NCBI GenBank assembly: GCA_034520965.1
Contig: JAXHMY010000002.1
Span: forward strand, 512,001 to 576,000
DNA: 64,000 nucleotides
Direction of reading: 5' to 3'
Source of the DNA: Spirochaetia bacterium
GTDB taxonomy: Bacteria; Spirochaetota; Spirochaetia; DSM-16054; Sediminispirochaetaceae
Position numbers and translations under genes: made by a program
Notes under the pieces: generated by a model
What the model was told of the DNA's origin: nothing
The model's input: only the letters and a program-made list of their open reading frames with translations
The model's database searches: none
Shown: positions 46,787-56,974 of the stretch, piece after piece
Position numbering within the stretch: the stretch's first letter is position 1
Layout: each line of letters starts with the position of its first letter

Positions 46787-47734
46787 CTACTTGCGCAGCA
46801 GGCCCTGGATTATCATCTCCACCGCTTCATCCTCCGACAGGCCCCGGGACATCAGGGTTTGCAGCTGCTTCGAATCGACCGAGCCGATAGCCGCCTCATG
46901 GGTCACATGGGCTTTGGGATGACGCACATCGACCATCGGGATGGCCTTCGCCTGAGCCTCATCCTGTACAATTTCATTGCAATCCACATGACCGACAGCA
47001 CCTTCCGCGGTAGCGGTAAGTTCATTATAAATTACGGCCTGAGCCCGGTTGCGAACGGCAATATTACTGGTCAGAACACCCCTGGAGTATTCGCCGGAGA
47101 GGTGCCCGGCTTCTCGAATTTTTATTACATCGTCCTGACGACCGCTGATCCGCGAAAGGAGTTCCAGAACAGAATGAGGACCGCATTCAGCCTCGTAATC
47201 GATATCAATCAGCCCTACCCGACCCTTGATAAGCTCAAATTCGGTCGCAAAGCGGCTGGACTCCTCCAGCTGCACCTTGGCCTTCGGGATTACTTTAATG
47301 CCGCTGTCCATACTATGCACATGCCGCTCAAAGTACCTATACTCCGCTCCCGGCTCCAAATGAATATTAGCATCCATAATGTGTTCTACTTCAGTTGCAT
47401 TTGAAAAGCTGCAGTGCGAGATAAAGTGAGCCTTGGCTTTTGCACCAAAACGCACGTTCATCCGGATGTGCTGCAGTCCGTTCTCCAGCATACCGAAGCA
47501 GAAGTATACCGGCTGTTCAATTACAGTTCCAGCCTCAACCAGAATATCGACATCTACTCCACGGCTGGTCTCCTGCGATTCTACCTTCAAACCCTCAACC
47601 AGGGTGGTGTTCAGCACCTGGTTTCCATGGATCTCAACATGGGCAGTTCCATCATCGAAGGAGTGGCTGTGCATGTTAATAGTCGACAGTAGACGATCGA
47701 TTGCAGTTTGTGTCTGTGCGGATTGCTTACTCAT
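46787..47734 (-). CDS. sufB: SufB/SufD-family Fe-S scaffold (short SmsB type)
   Basis: PVYFCFG, HCSFSNA, GHVDCNEIV, A.AIP.V.V.HPKAHVTHEAAIGSVD..QLQTLMSRGL. Confidence 0.88.
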   Translation of the reverse strand: MSKQSAQTQTAIDRLLSTINMHSHSFDDGTAHVEIHGNQVLNTTLVEGLKVESQETSRGVDVDILVEAGTVIEQPVYFCFGMLENGLQHIRMNVRFGAKAKAHFISHCSFSNATEVEHIMDANIHLEPGAEYRYFERHVHSMDSGIKVIPKAKVQLEESSRFATEFELIKGRVGLIDIDYEAECGPHSVLELLSRISGRQDDVIKIREAGHLSGEYSRGVLTSNIAVRNRAQAVIYNELTATAEGAVGHVDCNEIVQDEAQAKAIPMVDVRHPKAHVTHEAAIGSVDSKQLQTLMSRGLSEDEAVEMIIQGLLRK

Positions 47735-48468
47735 ACCAGAGCCCCTTCATCGGGAACATTTTTGTGGGGACAGGGCACGCATTTGCGCTCAAAATAGGAA
47801 CTCAGCTGTTCAACAGTACCCTTATCCACCAGGGCACCGTTACACAACAAAAATGCATGGTCGGCGTGTTTCAGTACCTCACCGGAGTGGGTGATCATAA
47901 TAACGGTAGTTCCATGGTCCTTCAGCCATTCCAGTACATGAAAGATTGACTGAATAGCATCGATGTCTACACCGGAATCCGGTTCGTCCATCAAGACCAC
48001 CCTTGGATGCATGGCCACGATCGAGGCCAGTTCTATCCGCTTGCGTTCGCCCCCGCTGAGTGTCGTATCTACGTCCCGGTCCAAATAACGGCCGGGGTCA
48101 AGGCCAAGCATATGCATGACCTCCTCAGGGCTCTTCGCGCCTCTGCTTTTGTCTGCTGCCCGCCGAATAAACTCCCGCACCTTAATACCGTTGAAACGGG
48201 CCGGCTCCTGCCAGGCGAGGGTAATTCCCAGTTTTGCACGCTCATCGATAGAGAGCTCTTTGATCGATTTCCCGTCAAACAGAATATCACCTGTGTGTGA
48301 GCGGTAGTCCGGAAGCCCCATAATGGTGTGAGCCAGGGTAGACTTTCCGGCACCGTTCGGACCTACTACCGCATGGATATGTCCTTCCCAGAAATCCATT
48401 GTCAGTTCAAATAGTATTTGCTGCTCATCAAAAGAGAGAGAGACATTCTGTAATTCAATAATTCCCAT
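47731..48468 (-). CDS. sufC: SufC-like ABC ATPase (SmsC type) with C-terminal cysteines
   Basis: GPNGAGKST, ERAKLGITLAWQEPARF, LSGGERKRIEL, DEPDSGVD; C-terminal C-X20-C-X2-C. Confidence 0.88.
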   Translation of the reverse strand: MGIIELQNVSLSFDEQQILFELTMDFWEGHIHAVVGPNGAGKSTLAHTIMGLPDYRSHTGDILFDGKSIKELSIDERAKLGITLAWQEPARFNGIKVREFIRRAADKSRGAKSPEEVMHMLGLDPGRYLDRDVDTTLSGGERKRIELASIVAMHPRVVLMDEPDSGVDIDAIQSIFHVLEWLKDHGTTVIMITHSGEVLKHADHAFLLCNGALVDKGTVEQLSSYFERKCVPCPHKNVPDEGALV

Positions 48469-48473
48469 CACTA

Positions 48474-48542
48474 TTCCTCATCATTGTTCCTCATCATTGT
48501 TCCTCATCATTGTTCCTCATCATTGTTCCTCATCATTGTTCC
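48474..48542. repeat. 13-bp tandem repeat, 5 full copies plus 4 bp
   Basis: (TTCCTCATCATTG)x5, read on the coding strand as CAATGATGAGGAA. Confidence 0.95.
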
Positions 48543-49066
48543 CCATGTTTTTTTTCTTCCAGCAGTTCGTAGTAATAGCGCGGTTCAATCTTATCGTTCG
48601 GCACACTCAGTGCCTGCAGCACCTCGCGCAGCTTCTCGCGTGCCGGGCTAACTTCCGACTGATGGTTTACTAGTATTTCAATTTCAATAAACCAACCCAA
48701 GCCCTCTACAAAGCTTAATTCAATTCCCACATTCTCGAAAGCGTACAACTGTCCCTGTTTGTGTTTCTCTATATACACTTCATACTCAAGGTACTCACAG
48801 AAATTGATGAATGCTTCAGCGTCATCCACCTGAAACTCATGTTCCCGGTTTACCTCTATCCCCTCGGCCCGCTCTTTCTGCTTATAGTTCACCGTATTTG
48901 TCCCAGCCTCCCGACGAATACGAAATAGCGGTTTTTCCTGCTGGGGCCATGAAAAATAGGTATCCCGTTTCTCATAGGAGTTTTGAAACTCGGCAATTGC
49001 CAGGATTTTCTCGCGGAGGTGGTCGACCTCCTGCACCCAGGCTTTTATTTCTACTTCAATCGCCAT
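48533..49066 (-). CDS. cyaB: CYTH-domain protein (class IV adenylate cyclase-like)
   Basis: EVEIKA, DTYF, FRIR, YK, EHE, K.K, VEGLGWFIEIE. Confidence 0.85.
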   Translation of the reverse strand: MAIEVEIKAWVQEVDHLREKILAIAEFQNSYEKRDTYFSWPQQEKPLFRIRREAGTNTVNYKQKERAEGIEVNREHEFQVDDAEAFINFCEYLEYEVYIEKHKQGQLYAFENVGIELSFVEGLGWFIEIEILVNHQSEVSPAREKLREVLQALSVPNDKIEPRYYYELLEEKKHGEQ

Positions 49067-49067
49067 C

Positions 49068-49842
49068 TTAGTCCTTCCAGGGAAAGATCATCCCCTTCAG
49101 TGACCGCGGTCCGACTTTCTCTTTCTCGTTCATCAGCAGGGCTCCCCAGGGGATCTCCTTTGGATTCGTGTCCGGATGCTCTTCGATATAATCATACTTA
49201 TACATCAACAGTTTCAAGGCTATCTGATGGGAATAGAGAATTGAACTTATACCGGGTACCAAAAAAGCGGTCGCCACGGATATTAAAAAGTTTACCAGAG
49301 AATATGCTCCCATAAACACCGAAAAACCCGGGTTATCGAAAAACAAAATCAAACTCTTTTTTAATACTTTCTTTACCTCGGTATTCAACTGACGCCGTAC
49401 AGGAAAAATCCACAGAGAAATCAACCACCAGAGCACGGAGACCCAAAACAGAATTGCCAGGGCAGCCAGTCCAAAGACCCCGCCTAAAGAGATGTAGAAG
49501 GGAAAGCCGATCATTAAAATGAGTACATGGAGAGCGGTAATGGTTCCAAAGACGGCGGAGAGCTTCCAGGTAGCGGTAATATAACTTGGAAACTCTCTAA
49601 ACTCCGGGGCACGATCGAATACAAGATCGCCTAAAAAGAGTGAAACACCCCCTGCGTAAAAATGAAACAAGTATATAACCAGCACCAACATAAAAATGGT
49701 AAGTGCCACTTTTCCGGAGGCGATCATTGGAATTGCCAGGAACAAAATAATAAGCAGAATGAAGCCCACATTCAAAGCAATCAATGTAAGGAGGTTGTCC
49801 CATCCATCAAAGAACGCCTTTTTTAATAAAAAAACCTGTCAT
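49068..49842 (-). CDS. Conserved hypothetical membrane protein (extra A in a homopolymer near 49820)
   Basis: Removing one A restores MTGFFIKKAFFDGWDNLL in frame with the 49068-49784 ORF; multiple TM segments. Confidence 0.7.
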
Positions 49843-49941
49843 CTCTATTTACACCTCTATTCAATCGCCAAGATTCTATTAAGAAAACAGCCGTATCCGG
49901 CTATTTTCGTCGTTTCGGTTGCCGCTACGTGGCATGCGAAA

Positions 49942-51240
49942 CTATTTTTGAACCCGCAGAAAAGGATATGCGGCCAGAGGCAGTACAGCTAAGGCACACA
50001 TTGCCCACCCAAGACCGACTGAATCAACTAATGCCCCGAAAATAGGCGAGGCAACGGCCACTACAACCGTCTTTAGCTGACTTTCGGCGGACAGACCGGT
50101 AGCCATTACCGTTCCTTTTATCTTTTCGCTGACATAGCCAACCGTCATGGGGCGGCGGAGGTTTTGCAGCACGTAAAAACCTATAAACAACACCACCGCA
50201 ATTAGGATGCATTCGTAACGCATACTTACCCCTACGGCAACCACAGTTATAATCGATACCAGGTACGTAAGGTTGAGTCCCTTCTCGGTGTACTGAACCG
50301 ACTGGAACTTCCCGGCCCGCTGTGAGACGGTTGCGGTGAGCATATACAGAATAAAATAGAGCCCCCCGACTACCAGGGCCACCCTCTTTTCCTCGCCCAG
50401 GGCAAGCAGAACCGGGAGTCCCAAGGCAAGGTTACGCATAATAGGCTGAATATAGTCCTTGGAAGTCTTAAACACGCCGTCGTACAGGCTCGAATTCAGC
50501 ATCAAACGGCGTAACTTTCGGTATTTCAGCAGATCTCGAAAATCGTGCAGGGTTGCCTGCACAGAATCGCGTAAACTTCGTTTTATTTTTTGGCCGACAG
50601 CATCATCCGATAACGAGGCATCCGCACTCGGCTGGGGGCCGCCTTCGGCACCGACAGTATCGCCGCTGAAATCAAGATATTTGGGATAGCTCTTGAGAAG
50701 CAGAAAGCCGATTATATACGGGATAATACTGTAAAGAAACACTTGGTGGTACTGACCATGGACAAACACAATGAGACCGGCCAGCAAAGCCGAAAGGGCC
50801 GATCCGCGCTGTGACCAGCTGCGGGTATGCCCGTAGTAGTGAACCTTTTGGTCGGCGATTCCCTGACGAGTTATGTAATCGAGAATCATCGCTTTATGGG
50901 TACCGGTTCTAAAGGCCTCGCCAAGAGCAAACAGCAGCATTGCTCCTATATAGGGAACAAAGGCGGGAAAGAAATAGAACACCAGGAAAGAGAAGATGTA
51001 GGCCACGAAAGCGGCCATCATCGACCTGCGCCGACCATATGAATCGGCAATAATACCGGAGGGAATCTCTAATATATTGGTGGCAATTTCACGAATGCCG
51101 AATAGTATACCTATTTCAAAATAGCTTATTCCTACTTCTCTGAAAAAAAGGATCAGATAAGGATCAAAGAAACGCAGGTTTTTAACAAACCCGTAGAAAG
51201 AAAATTTCCAAAACTGAATATCCTTGTTAAACTTTTCCAT
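49942..51240 (-). CDS. MFS transporter
   Basis: FSFYGFVKNLRFF, LEIPSGIIADSYGRR, GEAFRTGTHKA; about 12 TM segments. Start moved to MEKF to avoid overlapping the tRNA. Confidence 0.9.
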   Translation of the reverse strand: MEKFNKDIQFWKFSFYGFVKNLRFFDPYLILFFREVGISYFEIGILFGIREIATNILEIPSGIIADSYGRRRSMMAAFVAYIFSFLVFYFFPAFVPYIGAMLLFALGEAFRTGTHKAMILDYITRQGIADQKVHYYGHTRSWSQRGSALSALLAGLIVFVHGQYHQVFLYSIIPYIIGFLLLKSYPKYLDFSGDTVGAEGGPQPSADASLSDDAVGQKIKRSLRDSVQATLHDFRDLLKYRKLRRLMLNSSLYDGVFKTSKDYIQPIMRNLALGLPVLLALGEEKRVALVVGGLYFILYMLTATVSQRAGKFQSVQYTEKGLNLTYLVSIITVVAVGVSMRYECILIAVVLFIGFYVLQNLRRPMTVGYVSEKIKGTVMATGLSAESQLKTVVVAVASPIFGALVDSVGLGWAMCALAVLPLAAYPFLRVQK

Positions 51241-51297
51241 GAGACGAGTATACAAAAAAAAGCTGTCCCTGAGAAGCAGGAACAGCTTGATACATAC

Positions 51298-51370
51298 TAG
51301 TGGCGAAGGGATTTGAACCCCTGACAAAACGGATATGAGCCGTTTGCTCTACCAACTGAGCTACGCCACC
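51298..51370 (-). tRNA. tRNA with CAT anticodon (most likely elongator tRNA-Met; Ile2 not excluded)
   Basis: GGTGGCG acceptor, D arm GCTC/GAGC, anticodon arm AACGG-CTCATAT-CCGTT, T arm AGGGG-TTCAAAT-CCCTT; CCA not encoded. Confidence 0.93.
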
Positions 51371-51453
51371 GTAGTCTCCAAGAATATACCAATGGATTGC
51401 ATTTTATGTCAATATGCATGACCATATGAAAAAATATTTTAAGGAGAACCCAA

Positions 51454-51867
51454 GTGACCCATACATGGACAACACAAGTTCGAAGCTATGAGCTGGACAT
51501 GCACCGGCATGTGAACAACGCTACGTACCTTAACTATTTTGAAGCGGCCAGAATGAATTTTTTAGCTTCCATAGGCTTCGATTATGCAAGGCTTCTTGAG
51601 AAAGGTTTCAGCCTGTTTGTAGCCAAAATAGAGGCTCACTACAAAGCCCCGGCTCTTTTGAATGATGAAATTTACGTCACCACCGAATCCACTAAGAGGA
51701 AACGCTACAGCGGGGTTTTTCGTCAGATAGTCTACCGTGGGGGAACAGAACTCTGCAGTGCCGATATCACATGGGCATGCGTAAATTCTGAGGGTAAACC
51801 GATGCCCCTGCCGGAGGAGTTCGAATTGCCGGAACTTCAACCGGGTGACAAGGACATCACCATTTAG
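51454..51867 (+). CDS. Acyl-CoA thioesterase (4HBT/YbgC family)
   Basis: VRSYELD..RHVNNATYLNYFEAAR; SD AAGGAG. Confidence 0.9.
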   Translation: MTHTWTTQVRSYELDMHRHVNNATYLNYFEAARMNFLASIGFDYARLLEKGFSLFVAKIEAHYKAPALLNDEIYVTTESTKRKRYSGVFRQIVYRGGTELCSADITWACVNSEGKPMPLPEEFELPELQPGDKDITI

Positions 51868-54698
51868 ATAAGCTTATACCGCTTGCTGAGGGCGTACAAG
51901 CGTGAGTTCCAATAGTTCATAGTTACATAACTCCGCCGATCGGAGGGATCGGATATCCGGCCGGCGATTCTCTGAAGGCTTTGAAAGGCCTTACTCAGCA
52001 TGGTAGTCATGTTGAGCTCTTCCTTTTCACTGCTCACGGGTAAGGTGATGGTACGGAAGTAATAATAGAGATGACGGTACGGATCCTGACGAGTGAGTCG
52101 CTCCTGAGAAAATAAGCGTTCAAACGCAGCTAAGGACTCCTCTGCTTTCCCTAATTCATGCAACAAGAAACCTTCCAGAGCGTACAGCATCTGCAGCGGG
52201 ACATCGTACACCCCGGGTATTTTAAGGCCGAAGTTTTCAAAGGGTTCATACCCGTCACCCGGCAAGTGCACAATCGGCACGATGTCATTCTGCTCATTGA
52301 ACTGCCGCCGGCTTATTGCGGCAACAACATAGCGATACGCTTCTGCAATATTACGGTTCAGCAAGTGCCCCTCGGCCTGAAAGTGGAGAGTCTCGCTTGT
52401 TTCGGGAAGTTTTTGCAGTAAAGCTTGGGCAGAATGGATGAAGCCCTGGTACATATGCGAGCGCAGCATCCATGCGGTAATCAGATTTTTCCTTTCACCG
52501 CTAAAATAGAGACGATCATGGGTGAGCAGCGACTGAAACAGTACATAAGCTTCGCCGTAACGACCAAGTTCAAACTGGATGCGAGCCTGCAGCATCATAG
52601 TATACCGCTCCCAGCGACGGCGACCGGTGTTCTGCGCTTTCTGTAGGGCCGCCTTGGCGTGGGAGGATGAGAGTGAATAGTCTCCGGTAATAAAATGGCT
52701 TAAGGCGGTCAAAGCGGTGCTTTCACAGGCAGCTGCAGTGAGGAGGGTATCAAATGTTTTTTGTCGAGCCTGCCGAAAATACTCCGCTCCCTCCGTCATT
52801 CGACCATTTGTCAGCATCACCTTGCCCAGCAGCAGAGTCGCCCGTGCTTCCAGCTCGGGAAAATTCTGTTCCTGCACCTGCAGCAAGGCCTGTTTAGTCT
52901 TGGTCAAAACCAGGGACGAGTCACCCCTTCGACGCCACAGATAGGCGCCTTCCGCAAATAAAAACAGCACCTCCGGTATTCCACTCTCCCTTTCCACCTC
53001 ATTCTCTTCCCGGCTAAAAAGCTCATGGTATATCGCCGAAGCCGCATCAATTGAACCGTCCCAGAGGCAGGCTAAAAGCTCTATACACAGAGTGCGGGTT
53101 TATCCCGCCTCATGCCATGTCCGGATGGCTTTAATTAATGGCTGCAAAGGTACCTCAGAGTCTGACAGAAGCTCCTCCACTAGACGCAGGGCAATGCGGT
53201 TGACACTCTCAACAGAGAAATCAAGCTTTTTGGATAGCTGCAACACCTCGTAATAATTAAGCTCACTCAAATGAGATATGACATACTGTTCAATGAAATA
53301 GTTGGTACGGGTCTTATCGAGAGGAGGGGCTGGACCTTACATTCTTAGGCGAAGGGGGTCGGGTGGGCAGGAAAAATCGATCCTTCCCAGATATCCCAAC
53401 GCTTTCAGCTGGTAAAGACTCTGTTCGACTACTTCTCGACGCAGGCCTAACTGCTGAAAAAGCTCCAACAACTTATCCTTATCTAAAAGCCCCCTCAAGT
53501 TGAAACAGGTGTACAAAACAGTATGAAGCTCTTCCGGTGCCTTGCCGAAGCGATTTCTCCGGCGGGGCGGATCGCCACTGTATTCATACGCCTCATAGGG
53601 AGTAGTAAGATGTGCTCCAAATTGCTCTTGTAGTTTGGAGTGCCACTCTTCAATTTCAATTAAAACCGTCTCGGTTACTTTTTCCAGGGAGGCGCAAGTA
53701 GATTCCTTCCTTAAAGTTATCACGGGTATGCCCTCACCAGTTCTTACGAGCAGATCAATTTGCAGCGCCAAAAATTTGCGAACCTCCTCCGGATACTCAT
53801 CAAACCCATGAATCACTACTACCGGCGGCAGCAGCTCCCGACGCATTCGACTTGTGTATGCCTTTAAATACAGTTGGAAAAATAGTTTTATATCCGTATC
53901 CGACCAAGTAGTAACGGGCATGTTATTTAGACTCTGCAGTTCTTCCCACAGCACAGACTCCTGCGAACTAAGAAAATCCTGTGCCTCCGCAAGTACTTTT
54001 TCATCCAATCGGTGCAATAAAGCCGAATACACAGAACCCAAAGCGGGAAAATAATCTATTGCACACCACTCAATACCTCCCATTCCGGCCTCGAGAGCCT
54101 GTAATACTAAATGAATCAGCAGCCGCTTGCCGGTATACTGAGCGCCAAAGATTACGGGAAGCTTCCGACTACCTATATCAGCCTCCAATATCAAATCTAT
54201 CAGTCGATCGCATAAACTATCCTCTGCACAAAGCTTTGGACTGTCCTGGGGACTCAAGGTCTCACGTTCAAAATCTACAATCCGATAGTAACTTTCAACC
54301 TGCTCAAAATGAACAAAGTGGCTGATAATATCTGCAGTAACGGCGGTACACCAAATACCATTTTCCTCGGGCAGCAGAAAAACCTCGCTGCCGATCCGGT
54401 TTTTTGTCCTGCTCTTCTGCAGTAAACCGCCCTTCTGTAGGAGTACTGAAAAGCCGGGGATGTCATCGGCCCATTCATTCTGCAGATTATGCAATGAGCG
54501 CAGAATTTCGACAATTTTATAAAGCACATGTTCATCTTCATCGCAGCTGAAGTGATAAAAGGGAGACTTCTCCGTTTCGGCTTCAAACAGATGGGCCGGG
54601 AAAAGAGACTGTATTTCTTGTACAATTTTTTCGGCTGTATGTGCATCTGTTCTCATTAATTGATGCACACCATCAATTTCTATGGTAATATTAATCAT
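51864..54698 (-). CDS. Large hypothetical protein: degenerate P-loop region plus C-terminal TPR-like repeats, split by indels near 53000-53400
   Basis: ORFs 53337-54698 (IFGAQYTGKR, VVVIHGFDEY) and 51864-52997 (helical repeats) are collinear, with coding-like sequence between them. Confidence 0.55.
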
Positions 54699-54766
54699 TC
54701 GTATTTATTTTAACGTAGAATCAAACAATGTAAAGTAAAAGCAGTAGTAAAAAGATTGAGTTTACC

Positions 54767-55369
54767 ATGATAGAGCTAAAAACAGTACACAATAGTAGCA
54801 GGACGGACAAATACATTGAATACAGCGAAAAAAAGTGTCGAAAGCTTGTATTTCGCATTGCGCCGAATACCCCCTTTCAAGAAATTCTGGCCAAACTAAA
54901 TCGAATTCAATTCGTCGGATGCCCAATTTCTACCGAGCATATCACCTACTCTGTGCTTGAGTTGCTTAATAATTCTTTGCGTGCACAACGAGAACAGAAC
55001 AATGAAAATCCGATACTATTAAAGTTTCAGAAAACCCAGACGGGATTTAACATTTATTTACGCGACTGGGGCGGGGGGTTTGATATTTCAGAGCTTCCCT
55101 ATGATATCAATAGAAATATTGAGGAGATCGACATTCACAACCAGGAGTTTGAACAGTATCGTCAGGCCCATGAATATATGCGCTTCGGGCTGGGTCTTTA
55201 CCTGGCACGCAAAACCTTTCCCGTTTTTTCTTTTTTTATTGATCACCAGGAAAATCCAACAGATTGGAATCCTGAAAGAACGGCTGGAACGGTAATCGAG
55301 CTGCACACGGGAGGCTCTAAACTTCACACAAAAAAGAGGCAGAAATATGCAGAACCGACGGATATCTGA
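54767..55369 (+). CDS. HATPase_c-like domain protein
   Basis: ELLNNSLRA (N box), DWGGGFD (G1), GLGLYL (G2), GTVIEL; no H-box seen. Confidence 0.7.
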   Translation: MIELKTVHNSSRTDKYIEYSEKKCRKLVFRIAPNTPFQEILAKLNRIQFVGCPISTEHITYSVLELLNNSLRAQREQNNENPILLKFQKTQTGFNIYLRDWGGGFDISELPYDINRNIEEIDIHNQEFEQYRQAHEYMRFGLGLYLARKTFPVFSFFIDHQENPTDWNPERTAGTVIELHTGGSKLHTKKRQKYAEPTDI

Positions 55370-55694
55370 CCGGGCGATGTCATATGCGAAAACTGTTTTT
55401 CTTTTTTACGATATAATAGGATACGTACGCGATTTATCGTCAACCGGCCTGCGGGTTGATATATTTGCCGATTCATACCCGGCAATTGGAGAACAAGTGC
55501 ACACCACCGTCATATCCCACCCCGATCTTAATCTCGACCCATTTAACGTGCTGACTAAAGTTCGCTGGGGCAAACAAGACGGTCCAATGATTGCGGTGGG
55601 ACTGGAAATTGTCGGGTTTTCCTCCACACATGGTGACTACACATATCAGAAACTGGTACAGATATTTGAGGAGCTGAAGCTTGAGAAGGCTTAG
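55347..55694 (+). CDS. PilZ domain protein
   Basis: RRISDR (RxxxR) and DLSSTG (DxSxxG), VRW. Confidence 0.85.
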   Translation: MQNRRISDRAMSYAKTVFLFYDIIGYVRDLSSTGLRVDIFADSYPAIGEQVHTTVISHPDLNLDPFNVLTKVRWGKQDGPMIAVGLEIVGFSSTHGDYTYQKLVQIFEELKLEKA

Positions 55695-55695
55695 T

Positions 55696-56971
55696 TAATG
55701 GTTCAAACCATGGGGGATGCGAATTTCCACACGCTGGCTGCGAGTAAGGGAGGTTACATCCACACATATTTGGGCCAGTACATCCCGTCGAACTTATCCA
55801 GGGTTCCGGTCATCCGTGCCAATACCATCAGCTGCGACCAGTTGAGCTTTACATGCGTGTAGAACTTGCGCATGGTAAAGATGCCCCGCAGCCCTTCTTG
55901 CGATTTTACCCCGTGGCACACCGGCCACCTCGGCATGGGAGAAGTTCTGAAGAAATGGATCTCCGATGCGAAAAGGCTTAAAATAATTCTGATACAGCTG
56001 GTAGACCGCCATGCGCTCAAGGCAGTTATTCACATTCTGGGAAAAGCGCACCGTCTCGCGCACGTGGTTGGCATTATCCTTCCTAAATTGCCTGTCCAGA
56101 TAGTTGACAGAAAAAAGTGGATTGTCGATGGTGCGCGCCAAAAGGGAGGAGATTCTCACATGCTCAAACCTCCCCTCGCTTTTTAGGCTCTGGAGCACAT
56201 CCGTAACCCATGACCAATCTTTGATACTCTAACTTCTCATCGCTGTAGAGGCAGGTAATTCGCTGTTTCTGCGCATATTGCTCGACCAAATCAACAATCT
56301 GCAGGAAGGACTGACTATGGAGATCTCTTGCGGATGTAGTGCCTCTCCCGCTGGTCACGTTCGGCCTTCTGCAGCTCTGGTCATCTTTCCCTTGCGCCGC
56401 AAATGGGCATAGTCAAAGGTGATAAAGAACCGTGAACTCTTGCCGGCCAGGATGTGAATGTTATTCGGCTGGAACTGATCGCTGACAAAGCTCGAAGCCG
56501 TCGGTGACCAGGTCCTCGCAGGGAACATAGTCCTGGAGGATATCCGCCTGCAGGGCAATGGCCTGGCGGGCGAGGCGGCCCAAGCGGTTGATGATCGCTT
56601 GGTGGCTGACCTCCATTATACGGGCGGTTTTAATGCACTCCCCCGCAGTTGGTCATATGATCGAAAATCACCTGATAGTCGAGCTTTCTCTTTACATAGT
56701 AGTCCAGGCGGAAGGTTTGCTCGCTAAAGCCTTCTTCGCATCCGAGGCATTTGAATCGGGTGGACCGAAGCCATGGGCCAGGGTCTGTAGCTGCCATTGG
56801 TGTAGTACCAGCGCCCGTGGTCAGGTGGTTGGGTGTGATATTCACATTCGGAATGGGGACAAAATGGGGGGATAAGCATTGGTGGACCTCCTCTAAAATA
56901 AAGTGTGGGTACACTCTAATAGAGGGGCTAAGTCGCATCCCTGCTTCAATTCCCCATGGTTTGAACCATTA
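55696..56971 (-). mobile_element. Insertion sequence with terminal inverted repeats; frameshifted Zn-ribbon/HTH/putative DDE transposase at 55754-56879
   Basis: TAATGGTTCAAACCATGGGG at 55696-55715 and its exact reverse complement at 56952-56971; protein pieces PPFCPHSECEYH, FSEQTF.LDY, NRLGRLARQ, DGFE, LRRKGKMT, YSDEK, NPLFSVNYLDRQFRKD. Confidence 0.8.
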
Positions 56972-56974
56972 TTA

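Noticed and set aside
48474..48542. Repeat array as CRISPR
   Set aside because: Units are directly adjacent with no spacers, and no cas genes are present.
51298..51370. tRNA as an integration site for an island
   Set aside because: No integrase nearby and no duplicated tRNA 3-prime end noticed in the window.
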